Assembly: GCA_965112735.1 (NCBI GenBank) | Contig: OZ218950.1 | Span: 5,456,001 to 5,520,000 of the forward strand | DNA: 64,000 bases | Origin: Phaeosaccion multiseriatum | Taxonomy: Eukaryota > Protista > Ochrophyta, other classes | Direction: 5' to 3' | The notes under the pieces: model-generated | What the model was told of the DNA's origin: nothing | The model's input: only the letters and a program-made list of their open reading frames with translations | Databases searched by the model: none | In this document: one piece after another, positions 33,843 to 45,900 of the stretch | Position numbering within the stretch: position 1 is the first letter of the stretch | Layout: each line of letters opens with the position of its first letter | Position numbers and translations under genes: made by a program

Positions 33843-35970
33843 TGTGTGTGTTCGGTCGATGTCGACCCCTGACGCACTATCCGCTATCCGCTATCGCCGG
33901 CGCCAGCCGGCACGCTATCCGCTATCGAGAATGTGGGCGATAGTGCGTCATGGGTCGAGGTCGAGTGTGTTCGGTCGAGTGTGTTCGAGAGAGACGAGAG
34001 GGTCATGGTGAGGAGGAGAGGGGACGCGTGCGCGATTGTAGAACCAAGAGTAGACCCCGAACCCCCCCCCCCCCCCTTTCTTCTTTCTTCCTTTTTACTA
34101 TTATCACTGGTGCGCTTTTTCACGGACGCGCGCAGGCTGAAGGCCTCAATAGAGGGTGGGGAGTTGGCTTCCGGTAGCCAACAGCAAGCTTCAGCGTGTA
34201 CCGCGACGGTGGTGGCAGACTTGGCTGGCATTGCTGTCAGAACTAGTAGGGCGGGAGAGGGCCCAGGGGGGGGGGGGAGGGGAAGTGGCCGGAAAGGCGA
34301 CGGGAAGAGAGACCAGCTAGCGGCCTCTGTCCACGCTGTCCCCGACGGGCTTTAAAGGTCCGTGTATACTTGGTTCCACCTTTCTCGCCACGCTGCTTTG
34401 GATAACTCAGGTTCTCCGTCCACATGGACCTCCATAACAGGTGTTTTCTTGTCGCTCACAGCGGCCCCCTTCTGTCCCTCTTTCCCTTGTTGTACAGGAT
34501 CTCTCCGCTTGTGTCTGAGGAATAGATGCAGAGCCCAATCAATGGTTTTCACCGATCGCTTAACAGGGTGAGTTATACACGACGACCAGGGTGGTCTCTT
34601 TGGAGGAGTGAATTTGGCTGGCAGGGGAGGGAGAAACTTCAGATTGGTTGGTTCTTCGACACTAACGCATCTTGTCCCGGCTTTCTTGCTCTTACATTCG
34701 TGTGCTCAGCTTTGGCCTATCTCTTTTTTTCTGCTTGAATAATTAACTTTTGCTGCCCTCCCCTCAAATTGTGATCACAATCCTCCTCCTTTCCCCCTCT
34801 CAACATATCCCACTAGGAAAGAGGCCATGGCGAGGACTTCCTCCACCAGTAGTAGCGTGGGGCTGGGAAGAAGCGTGCGAGCAGCTTGTTGCTGCTACGG
34901 GAGACAGTGGAGGAGTGCATTTAATGGACAAAATTAGCTTTGAGAATGAACATCTCGATCAGCAGAGCATAAGAAGCGCACCAAACCTGTGCATCGTCAC
35001 TGGGGAGGGCCTAGCGGTGTTGTGACCTCTTCTTATCCAGGTCGAATCCTCTCTTCCCCGACGTTCAACAAGGGCCAAAATAAAAAGGGGGGTGTAGGGC
35101 ACTTTGAGCGGCATACTCTGGCTTCGAAGCTCCGGCAAGGACACTCTGAGCATCTCAGCAGCTATTACACCATGCACTCCCTGGTCTTTCCCAATAGTTT
35201 CATCTCTGGTGCTCTGTAGCTCGCGCCAACTTTTGGAGCCCAAAATCGCGCCAAAAGACCATCATATTTCGTCGCTCAACTCTCTCCATACAGCTCCCGC
35301 AATCACACTTTAAGCTTCCCACCACCGATAATACTATGGAGGCCGTAGCTTCCCCGAAGCGCTTCGCCTGCGGTGCTCTGTAGCGTGTGTACGCCCCCCA
35401 AGTGCTCTGCTGGCCAAAATGCAATTCCAATTTGGGCGGCAGGGATCCAGTTTCAGTGTCAAGGTGCATCCCCTTGTTCGTAACGACCGAGTGAATTCGG
35501 GCAGAGAAACGTCCAGCCAAGGCAGCAGCACCAGGAGCAGCAGCAGCACTGACACCGTCGGGCTCCCACTCAGGTGTGCCTGCTGCTCAGCCACACTGCT
35601 AGGGAAGAGGGAACGGAGAGCAGAGAGCGAGAAACGCCGCGTTAATCAGCCTGAGAGAAACACATCGGGGGAAGGAGGAAGGGGGGGGGACTAGGACGAG
35701 GACGAAAGGCAGCAGGCGCTGTGGAGTGGTGAAGGGAGGGGGTGACTTCGGCTTCTTTTCGGCAGAAGCAGGGACGCGCGATGCGTTGAGTACTCACTGG
35801 ATTGGACTACCTACTTTGAAGCTACGGTGTGGGGAAAGGCAGAGGCGAGGGCAGGTCTTGGTCGCATGCCTAGAGGCATAGGAGGAATACTCCTTTCTGA
35901 AGCTGTGCACTTCGTGTGGAGGGCCTTGCGTGATACTTGTCAACCACCATAAGCCTTGTCGCGGGCAGCA

Positions 35971-36309
35971 ATGGGGTGTGTTGGGTCGTCAATGTCGGCG
36001 GAGGAGAAGGAGGAGAACCGACGGTCGAAGGAGGTACGTGCAACTTCACCACTCGCGTGGATGTGCTTCCATGACGCACATCTGAGGATACCCTCGACTG
36101 GTTCTTGGTGATGCAGGTGGATGATGCAAACAAGGCAGCCGCCGCGAAGGAGGCGGAGAAGATCAAACTGCTCCTTCTAGGAGCCGGAGAGTCTGGCAAG
36201 TCTACCATCTTTAAGCAAATGAAGGTAAGAGCACAGCAGTGAACTTGCATACATATACTGTATTCGACACCGCTTTGACACCGTGACTTCTCTCCTCCCT
36301 GCTTTCGCT

Positions 36310-36355
<46 letters not shown>

Positions 36356-37633
36356 AACACACGTGTTGGCAGATCCTCTATGGCGTGGTTTCTGAAATGG
36401 AGAAACAACAAACCACTCCAGTGGTGTATAATAACACCATAGTCTCGATGAAGGTGTTAACGGATCAGGTGACTGCATTCGGCCTGGAGGACATGGTGCA
36501 GGCGAAGGATGCTCTGGAGAAAGTGAGGGCTTGCGAGGACGGGGACGCAATAGACATGGTGCTGGGCACTGCGCTCAAGGTGAGAGGCAAACTAATGAGG
36601 ATTTGCTGGTGCGACACAATGGTCTGTCTTACAAGCGCTCCCACTTGTTGTTGTCTTGTCCTCCTGCCGTCCCTCTGACCACCTTGCGTTCATAAAGTCT
36701 CTCTGGGAAGACCCAGGGATGCAAGCAGTATGGGAGCGGCGCTCAGAATTCCAAATCGTCGAGTCTGTGAAGTTTTACTTCAACGAGCTCGACCGCATCA
36801 TGCAGGACGACTTTGTCGCCAACCAGCAAGATGTACTTTACGCTCGCGTAAGAACTTCAGGTATCGTGACGGAGCGATACGAGATAGACGGGTCCATTTT
36901 CGAAATGTACGATGTGGGTGGGCAGAGAAACGAACGAAAGAAGTGGATTCACTGCTTCGACGACGTGACTGCGGTCATCTTCGTGGCCGCGCTGAGCGAG
37001 TTTGATCAGACTCTGTTCGAGGATGCCTCAACCAATAGGTGAGCTGAGTTTAGGTGTTGGTCCATGGAGCCAACACCTACTACGTACGTACATACGTACG
37101 TACCTACACACTCTCTCTTTGCAACTAACTGGCAAACGCCCGCTGTGCTTTGACTCTTGCTTGCCGCAGAATGATCGAGGCCATCGACCTCTTCAGCGAA
37201 ATTTGCAACAACCGATATTTCGCGGACTCGTCAATGATTCTCTTCCTCAACAAAAAGGATTTGTTTCAAGAAAAGATTTTGAAGGTGCAAATCCAAGGCG
37301 TAGAGTCCTTCAATGACTACGCAGGGACGCCCAATGACTATGATGAAGGAGTGGAGTACTTTTTGCAACACTTCTTAAAAGTCAACCAAAACCAGGTGAA
37401 TGCACCATTCAAAAATCGGCCGGCGGGGGCGCTAGTTGCCTCGAGATCTGGTCTGCACCACGCACCTCACAACCTCTAACCTTTTGCCCTTCCTTCTTGT
37501 GCTTGTTCCTCAGGAGCGTGAGATATATTTTCACATTACATGCGCGACGGACACGGAGAATGTAAATTTTGTGTTCAACAGCTGCAAAGATGTCATTTTA
37601 CGCAACAATTTGAAGGACAGCGGCTTTGTATGA
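35971..37633 (+). CDS. Heterotrimeric G-protein alpha subunit (multi-exon)
   Basis: MGC lipidation start, [49 protein letters not shown]. Contains a (CA)n intron tract. Confidence 0.96.
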
Positions 37634-37640
37634 AACGGCC

Positions 37641-39017
37641 CTACAGGCCCTCCAAACACTTTGGGCACGAGCAAACTCGCGTGGCGCCTTCTTGGTAAGG
37701 CAGGTAGTCTTTGAGAGCTGCCTGCCTCTCATCAAACGAAGCGTCCTTATCAATATAGCTTTGAAAAACCTCCTCGCCTTCATCCATGTCGCACAGCGCA
37801 AGAGCTTCTGCCCGCAGGGGCTGGCCCTCCGCATCCCCTCCCACGTACACGATTTCTGTATTAGGAGTGCACGAGTGGTTCATACAGCATATATACGAGA
37901 AGAGCGCTGTTCCATCGAGAGGAGCGAAGAGGGCAGCATCAGAGGCGCCATCTTGCCCTCCTCCACATCTATCCAACACTTCCAAGAGTGAGGAAGAGTC
38001 GTCTGTGCCTGCTTGGCAGCAGCCGCCGCTGCACTCCACATCACTAGTCGTATCGTCCTCATCATCCTCATCAGCAGCCAATTTCCTGACAAGCTCCTCC
38101 ACGCGAGCGTGCTTCCCATCCACGAATCGCCCGTCCTCCAACGCGTCACGCAGGGTGGCTATCAGAGGAGACGCACGCCGTATTCCGACATTGTTCTGTT
38201 CGAAGGTCCCCACGATTCGCCCCACTCTTTCAGCAGTAAAGAGAGGCCTCAGCCCGGAACAAGGGTTGAGAGCGTCAATCAGCAGCGAGGTGAACTCTTC
38301 ACATAGCCCCTGGAGCGTCTGTCCCAGCTCCTCGTCTCCGTGTGTTGCTATACACCACCACGGCTCCTGGACAAAGTCTGCGTACGGAGCCCACGCGGAG
38401 TCCAGATTCCCATCGTTCCTCCTGTACGTCGCTGCGACAGTTGCAACAACTTCGGCAACAAGGAGGAATATCTCATTGCGCTGGGCAGCGAATATCCTGA
38501 GCTCTATCAGAGGGTGGCCCTTTGCATCCTCCTCGCTGATGGGTCCAACGCAGAGGCTGGAGTGGCAGCGCTCGAAATGCTCCTCCAGACACTGTATACT
38601 GCAGTACACCTCCCCGCACTCCTGCTTGCAGGGATACAAGCTCGAATACTGGAAGCAACCCTGCTGTTGACGACGAGAAATGGCAAGTTACAGACGGAAC
38701 CGAGACTGCTCCACCAGGCCAAAGGAAGGAACCCAACTGACCTGCGCGTCCTCTCCTCCTCCCCCTTCCCGACTAATATGCTCCTGCAGCACAGCAAACC
38801 GATCCCCACAAAGAAGAAGGTCCAGCTGTAGCTCCACGCTCCCGACCATTCGTAGGCAATTGCGACACACCATCACATCGTGCATATTTGCTAGGCTTTG
38901 CATCGCCACCAGCGGCCGCTCTAGCAGCACAGTCTCGCCCTTCTTCAGCTGTGTAGTCGCCATGAGCCCTCTGCCCATGGCTTCAGTGTTGGCAACACGC
39001 ACCCTAGCGTCTTCCAT
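37641..39017 (-). CDS. SMYD-type SET/MYND lysine methyltransferase (SMYD5/ATXR2-like)
   Basis: GRGLMAT..GETVLLERPLV, CRNC, CKQECGEVYCSIQC, MNHSCTPN, GEEVFQSYID, post-SET CSCPKC. One intron at about 38666-38741. Confidence 0.88.
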
Positions 39018-39471
39018 GGGGGGCCGCCTTTTTTTTCTTTACTCTTTGTTGCCTAGAGACACAGAGTGGATGGTGTCAGGACTAAAACATTCTGTAACTG
39101 TTAAGATCTTCCCAATACTGAAGTTTCTTGACGGTTTCCCCGACAAGCCGCTTGTTAGACAAGCTCGGTCATTCATTTCTCATGGTTCGGCTCCTCCAAC
39201 CAGGAAGGCGAACCTGTAGTCTTTTCACCTTTACTTTCTTTCCTCCGGGGGGGGGGGGGGGGTTAGGTCGAGTCTAGCCCGGGGTTAGGGGTCGGGACTC
39301 CCGCAGCCGTTACAGCGGTGCCGGTAATGCTAGGGTGTGTGGTCCCGCCAAGTGCTGAGGCAAGGAAAGCACAAATCACTATTTCCTTTACTTTTCTCTA
39401 AACCCATGCCCCTTTAAATTAATGAAGTACCCTTGGATTCACGTGTTGTTCCCCGCCCCATCGGCGTCGAG

Positions 39472-40873
39472 TTACTTCGAGGAATATGATTTAACCTTGC
39501 AAAGGAGAGAGAGAGAGAGACAGAAAGTAAGAAGCAGCACGGTACGCGCTTCAACCCAGCACACTTCGCACGATGACAGGGTACTTGGAAGCCGAATTTC
39601 TACTCACATCATATTCTTGAGCGTCCGCGTTTCGAAAAATCCGTAATCCAGCAAGGTGCAAGAGAGGAGAGTAGCGTTAGCGTGAGGCTAAGAGGGGCGC
39701 TCTTCAGGGTGGCTTGCTGTCATTCACTCACTCGCCCACCAGCCACTCACGGTGTCTTGGGTCCAAACTCACTCCCTCTCTCCCTCATTTCTATCACACA
39801 GTGACTCACTCCCTAACTCACTCACTCACTCACTCACTCACCTTCGCAGCCGGCTGCCAAGGGATCCATGTCACACTCCGTTGGCCTACAGATGTTGCGA
39901 ACGGGCGGTTGGTTAGTGCTCAGTTTTGCGGGATTCGGTTTTATACTCAATGCAGCGGACTAGGGGGACGGAGGGGGGTACTCACGGCTTGAAGCGCATT
40001 CCTCCCGGATAGCTGACGGCCTTGAGACCTTGAAAGTCCAGCTTCTTGTCCCCAAAGTTTTGCTTCGGCGGCACAGCTGCCACAAACTGAAAAGAAACCT
40101 TGCTCTTGCCTGGAGGAATGATAGGGACCTGGGCAAACTGACCGGCGTCCGTATTGCCGTCCGGGTTATTTGCAACCACTGATTCGCTATTCTCATCGTA
40201 CACAAAGCCGTACACTGCCGCGTCTATGATGTCCTTCTTCTCTGGGCTTTCCGCGTCAACAGTGACCTGAGATAGCCACAACAAGGGCAAATCAGGTCAG
40301 TGCCGCCATCGACAAGACATTCAGAAACACACAAGCGGTATTCGTACGTACCTTTACGCACACTGGCCGCAGTCCTGCTCCAGCCTTTACCCCAGGCACC
40401 TCTTGCTTCGGCGGGCATTGCACCTCTTCATAGGTAGGGTTCTTTAGCAGTACTCGAATCGGGCCAAACGCCTCTGCAGGTCCTCCTGCACCAACGACGC
40501 CCAGCGCTACCGTCAAGCCTGATCATAACAGCAGACAAGACGAAATCAACGTGAGAGGAAGTGCGAATATAGGCACGTCTCTGACGCCATCACAGAGCAC
40601 ACCACGCAGCAGCTACTCCACGCACCACCGCGCTGTTCATGAATACCCACCTGCTGCTGCCGAAATGACGTCTCTGCGGGTCACACCCTCGTTCTCCTGC
40701 TTAGCAGCGGCCAGCTCTGTGCGCGTGGAGGTTGTCTTAGTGCTGCTGCTGCTGCTCCTCCTGTTGCTGTTGCCGATGCTGCTGCAGGTGTTGGGGACGA
40801 AGGCGACCACAGGAGAGTTGGCGCAGAATACGAAAGCCAAGAGAGAGACGAGGCGGATGAGTCCTCTCCCCAT
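39472..40873 (-). CDS. Plastid/thylakoid-lumen-targeted protein resembling a cyanobacterial hypothetical protein
   Basis: Signal peptide ending VVA-F, transit peptide, twin-Arg TRRDVI..AEA. Mature part YEEVQCPP..CVKVT..DAAVYGFVYDEN..IPPGKS. The 3' exons and end coordinate are uncertain. Confidence 0.7.
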
Positions 40874-41059
40874 GTCTTTCGCGTTTGAAACGCGCAATCT
40901 AGAGTCAGCTCGCACGCGCATATTGCAATCAATCATCAGCAGCTCACAGGCAGATCGGGAGTCAGAAGGAGTGTTGGTGGTACGACGCTGCCGTCTGTTG
41001 TTACTGACTTATGGCCCGGCCTTCCAACTTTTCTCAACTCCCGCCCTATTTTTATATAG

Positions 41060-42801
41060 ATGGAAAACAAGCAGCCGGGGAAGAGGGATTGGGAGCTGCT
41101 GGAAGAGATCGGGAGGGGCTCCTTTGGGTCGGTGTACTGTGCTCGAAATGTGTCGTCCAAGAAGCTCGCGGCCATCAAGTTGATCAACTTGGAAGCTTCT
41201 GAGGAAGAGATTGACGACATCCAAGCTGAAGTCAAGGTACTTCAGGAGAGCAGCTGCCCGCAGCTTACTCAGTATTTCTGCTCCTTCTTGGTGGAGAGCA
41301 CGTTATGGATTGTAATGGAGTATTTGGAAGGGGGTTCGCTCCAGGATATCATGCGGGCTTCGACAAAGGGGCACTTTGATGAGGCGACGATTGCTTGGAC
41401 GATGCGGGAGATGCTCCTGGGGCTCGATTATCTGCATCGGGGCCGGAAGATCCACCGTGATGTCAAGGCAGGGAACATTCTCGCGGCGCTGGACGGCTCT
41501 CTGCGGCTGTCTGATTTCGGTGTGGCTGCTCAACTCACGTCTACTTGGGATAAGAGGAAGACCTTCGTGGGGAGCCCCTATTGGATGGCCCCGGAGGTCA
41601 TTGCTGAGACTGAGTACGATAGTAAGGCCGACGTTTGGAGTCTTGGAGTCACGGCTATTGAATTGGCCACAGGCTATCCTCCTCTTTCAGATCTGAAGCC
41701 GATGAAGGTATAAAGAACTCTGGAGACTCTTGGGGAGGGGCCCGGCCTGGCGGGGATACCTCTTGCAACGCAGGCTCTATTAACTGCTTCCTGCTCTCGT
41801 CTCTCTTGTTTTCTTAGGCTGTATTGCTCATCCCGCATGGTCCTTCCCCGACATTGCCAGCTGCGGGGTCTTGGGGGAAGAAATTCCGGTCGTTCTTGGA
41901 ATGCTGCCTATTCAAGGATCCTTCAAAAAGGCTGCCGGCGAGTGAGCTTCTCAAACATCCCTTTGTGAAGGGTGCAACGAAAGCAAGTACAACAATACGG
42001 TAAGTAGTGCGATGGCAAGGATGAAATGTGATGCCCCTCTCCCTCCCTCGCCAACACCTCGCATGCAACCCTTTTGCCCGTATATCTCACAGAGAGATGA
42101 TCAAGGCACAGAGGCAAAGGAAGCGGTCTGAGCCCCCTCCTCCTCCTGTTACTGCTGCTATCGACCAAGTAGGGGTAGAAGGCTCCACGCTTTCACGACA
42201 CGCTTCCAAGCTGAGCCATCGCAGCCAGCGTGTGAGCGACGACGGGTGGGATTTTGACACTGGGACCGAGCGAAAGGCATGCACGGCTATTGCAGCCCCC
42301 CCCTCTCCTCTAGTACTTGTAGAAGTACAGGACGTGCCAGTTGGGTCCTCACACGTCGGTACGCCCTCTGCTGCCCCAGGGACGCCCTTGTCTGATGCGA
42401 AAGATGAGGGAGGCCCTCCCCCACCGGCATGCGCGAAGACGAGCTCAGCTGGGGGGGGGGGCACGGTCAGGGCTGCTGACAGGAGTCGATTGCAGGCTCG
42501 TGAGCAGTCTGCAGATAGCACTTGCGATGGAGCCTGCAGACACACGGGGCAACAGACTGCGAATTGTGCGCCGCAGCCAGAGCAACATAGCCCGACTCCG
42601 AAAGAGGAAGAACAAGGGGAGTTTTCGGTCGCCTTCCGTACGCGAATAGAGCCTGCCCTCACGAAGCTGTGGTACGCAACAGAAGATGGGTCAAAGGATA
42701 GAGGCGCTGTCGAGGACGTGGCCCTTGCCTTGGAGAGGATGGATAGATGCAAGACGGGCCAGTTCACGAGCCTTTTTCTGGCGTCCCTTGCCCCTTTGTA
42801 A
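41060..42801 (+). CDS. STE20-family (GCK-III, STK24/25-like) Ser/Thr kinase
   Basis: IGRGSFGSV, AIKLINLE..EEEIDDIQAE, HRDVKAGN, DFG, TFVGSPYWMAPE, plus a C-terminal helical tail. Confidence 0.92.
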
Positions 42802-42947
42802 CAAACACACCGCACTTTTCTCCAAAACAGAACAGATCATGTTTATTCTTTAGACTGTGTAGCTTAGGGGCGGGAAGGGTGACCAACATCGAATTGAATG
42901 CCCCGAGAGGTGGGGCCGGCTTTGCGCAGTTCCGCATCGGGACGGCT

Positions 42948-45900
42948 CTATGCGAAACTCACTTCGTCCGGACTGGTGTGCGCACGCATCCTTGCCGCGT
43001 GTGTGAAGCTGGGGAAGGTACGCTGTATGTAGGGGAAGGCAAAAGATGACAGCAAGAAGCGCGAGAGGCAGGAGTGGGGGGGTCCGGATCAAGGAGGTCT
43101 CTGGGTAAGTCGCATTGCGTGCATTGCGGAAGACGGGCAAGACTATAGCCACCCCTCCTCTCTGCGCCCGCCCCTGTTTCTTGTTCGTATAACACACCTG
43201 CCGCAGCCTGTCCAGCTCTTGCCTCAGCCCCTCGATTTCGTCGGTCTGCGCGCGAGCGAGGTCGACGAGCTTCCTTCTCATTGTGATGCTCTTCATACGC
43301 GTGACCGCTTGCTGGGCAGGCGTTATCTCGCCCCCGGTGGCGTCCATGCGGCTCCTCCAAATGGCGTCGCGCACCTCAACGCTCTTCTTCAGCTCAGCCA
43401 TCTGCTCCGCCACGCCCTTGTTCTCGGTGAGGCGGTCTCGCAGTTGCGTCTTCAAGATGCTGTTGGTCGCGTCCATCCCTCTCAGCTTCTCGGCATGTTT
43501 CCTGCGGAGGGGAGGGAGCCCAGCAGCCCAATAAGATTGTAAATAGACGGTATGAAGACATCAATGGGCTGAATACAGACTAACCTCGCCATCATTTCGA
43601 GACGCTGGTCAGTCTTCATCGCAAGCTCGCGGTCCTTCGCAGTCGTGTCTCCCTTGATGACCGCCTGAAGCTTCTTCGTCACGCGCAGGAGGTGCAGATC
43701 TGTGTAGTGCTCTTCCAGGTCGTGCACCTAACGCGAGGGACGAGGGATACAAACAAATAAAAGTCAAGCTGGGGCCGTCGAAACGAGACACGCTGGGGCA
43801 AAGAGCAAATGAAATAACTCACCTGCAGTTCCGCATACTTCTTATCCCACTGAAGCATGTTGATGCTCTTGCGGAAGTCCTTGATGCGCTGCAGCACGCG
43901 CACCTTGTCGGTCCCTAGCCTCTTGATCTCCTCGTTAATAGATCCTACGAAGGCCACAGGCAGGAGCACGGCGTCGCTATAGTCGGTGGCCAGCGGCCCC
44001 GTCTCGACCTCGTCCTGCCCTTGCTTCAGTTTGACTATGGTCTCCAGGTTACGCTCGGAAAGGGCTGTGATGGAGTTGCCAGGCAGCGATGACGGTTGGT
44101 GTAGTCAGCGAATCAATAAACAAGAGCACTTAGTACAAAAGGCTTTCATACCTGCACGGCTGATGATGCCGGCTCGCCTGCGCCCCACCGCTGCGATTTG
44201 CTCGTGCACCAGGTCCACCTCCTTCTGCAGCGCGTCGAGCTGGCGCTTCATGTCGCTGAGGCTCCTCTGCTTCTTGCGGATCTCCAGCTCTTTCCGAATC
44301 TGCCGTGTGAGAACAATACAGTGGAAGCGCGAAGCAAACGGACGGCATCACGCGTGTCAGCCACTGCGCACATCGCCAACGGATCGCATGATAGTAGAAC
44401 GGCCTTGTGCCCACACTTGCTTCCTTGCTTCCTTGCTTCCTTGCTTGCTTGCTTGCCTCACCTTGGCCGATCTCAGCTCCAGCAACTTGTTCCACACTTG
44501 ATCCTCCACCTCGAAGCCCGGGTACTCGAGGTCCTGCACCGGCGCGCTGCCCATGGAATCGATAGAGGCTTGCTTCTCCAGCTGAATGTCAACCTCTCCG
44601 AAGGGATCCGTGTCCGCCACCATCGCCTTCTTCTCCCTCTGAATGGCCTGTTTCATGGCCTCCTGCAAAGGCCCCATGCCTCCATACGATGCGTTGCTTG
44701 CTCCTCCGCTGGACATCCGACTGCTACGCTTACGCCTTGAATACCCCATACCTATTCATGAGACAGAAATAAGCAAACAGCGATCGATTCATGGGTGTGC
44801 AAAACCAAGTGAGGTTGGCTTGTGGCACGCGTCTCTCCAGTGTGAGAGGGAGAGCAGGGCGAAGCGCGGAAACCCCCTTCCCTTGCTCATATTCCTAGTC
44901 TATGCTCACCTGCACTCTCGCGCATGGAGCTGTGCTTCATGCCAGACCTCTGATAGCTTGTCTGTGCGCTGCTCATCCCATTGACGCTCCCTCGCCTCCC
45001 GCTGCTGCCGTTCATGCTAAAGCCGGAGCTCTCCCTGAGCTTGTAGAGCTGCACGAGCTGTGCCATGAGCTCTGCCATGTCGATGGGGTTGCTGGAGGCC
45101 TCTTGGATGTCCTTCTTGAAGGTCCGCTCGAGTGTGCGGTCCTCGGTGTACAGCTGCTCAATCTCGTCGCGCACGCTGTCCACGTGGCGTCGGAAAGCTT
45201 CCATGCTGTGTGGTGCGTGCGTGACATTTGGGGCCACACATGGTCAACAAAGCACCATGAATGATGACACGAGCTTCGGCACCCCGTGTAGTGTTTGATT
45301 CACTGCACCGCCCCCTCTCCCCTTCCTTCTGTGTCCAGTCTCACCGTTGGGTCATGAGCGCCTTCTTCCCCGCCAGTCCTTCGAGTGTCTTATCAAGCTT
45401 CTCGATGGTGACGTCGCCGTCCTCTCGCTCCACGATGCTCACAGCGAGGCGGCAGATCAAGAGCTCCTGCGCGGCAATCGCGGCCTGCACGTGCATGCGC
45501 ATGTCTGCCATTTCCTTCACCTGCGGCGGTACGGCGGGGTAGAGGAACGACAGCATAGGGGGTGGGTAATACATCAACATTTGGGCTAAGTAGGACAGGT
45601 CCCTGCACTCGGCTTGCTCTCCTCGTACCTTGTCGTCGAACATCCGAACCTGGTCCGCTACCTCCACTGTGAGCTTCTTGAACTCGAGCTCGAGGGCCTT
45701 GCGGTACTTGACCTGCTCCTCCTCGATACTCTTGAGCGCAGCCTCGTACTCCTCCGCAACTTTCCTCTGTTTCGCAAGACAGCAGAGGGAAGGGACACAT
45801 GAGCGGATGAATACGCGGGCGCTTCGTGCTCAGCTTCCAATCACCTCGGGACAAAATCCTGCCCTCCCTCACAACGGCGCGTCGTACCACCACGTGCCTG

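Noticed and set aside
33900-35900. Short ORFs between the TIR element and G-alpha
   Set aside because: No domain similarity or consistent exon chain recognised.
39246-39292. Poly-G followed by TTAGG/TTAGGG as an interstitial telomere
   Set aside because: Only one or two scattered units, not a tandem telomeric tract.
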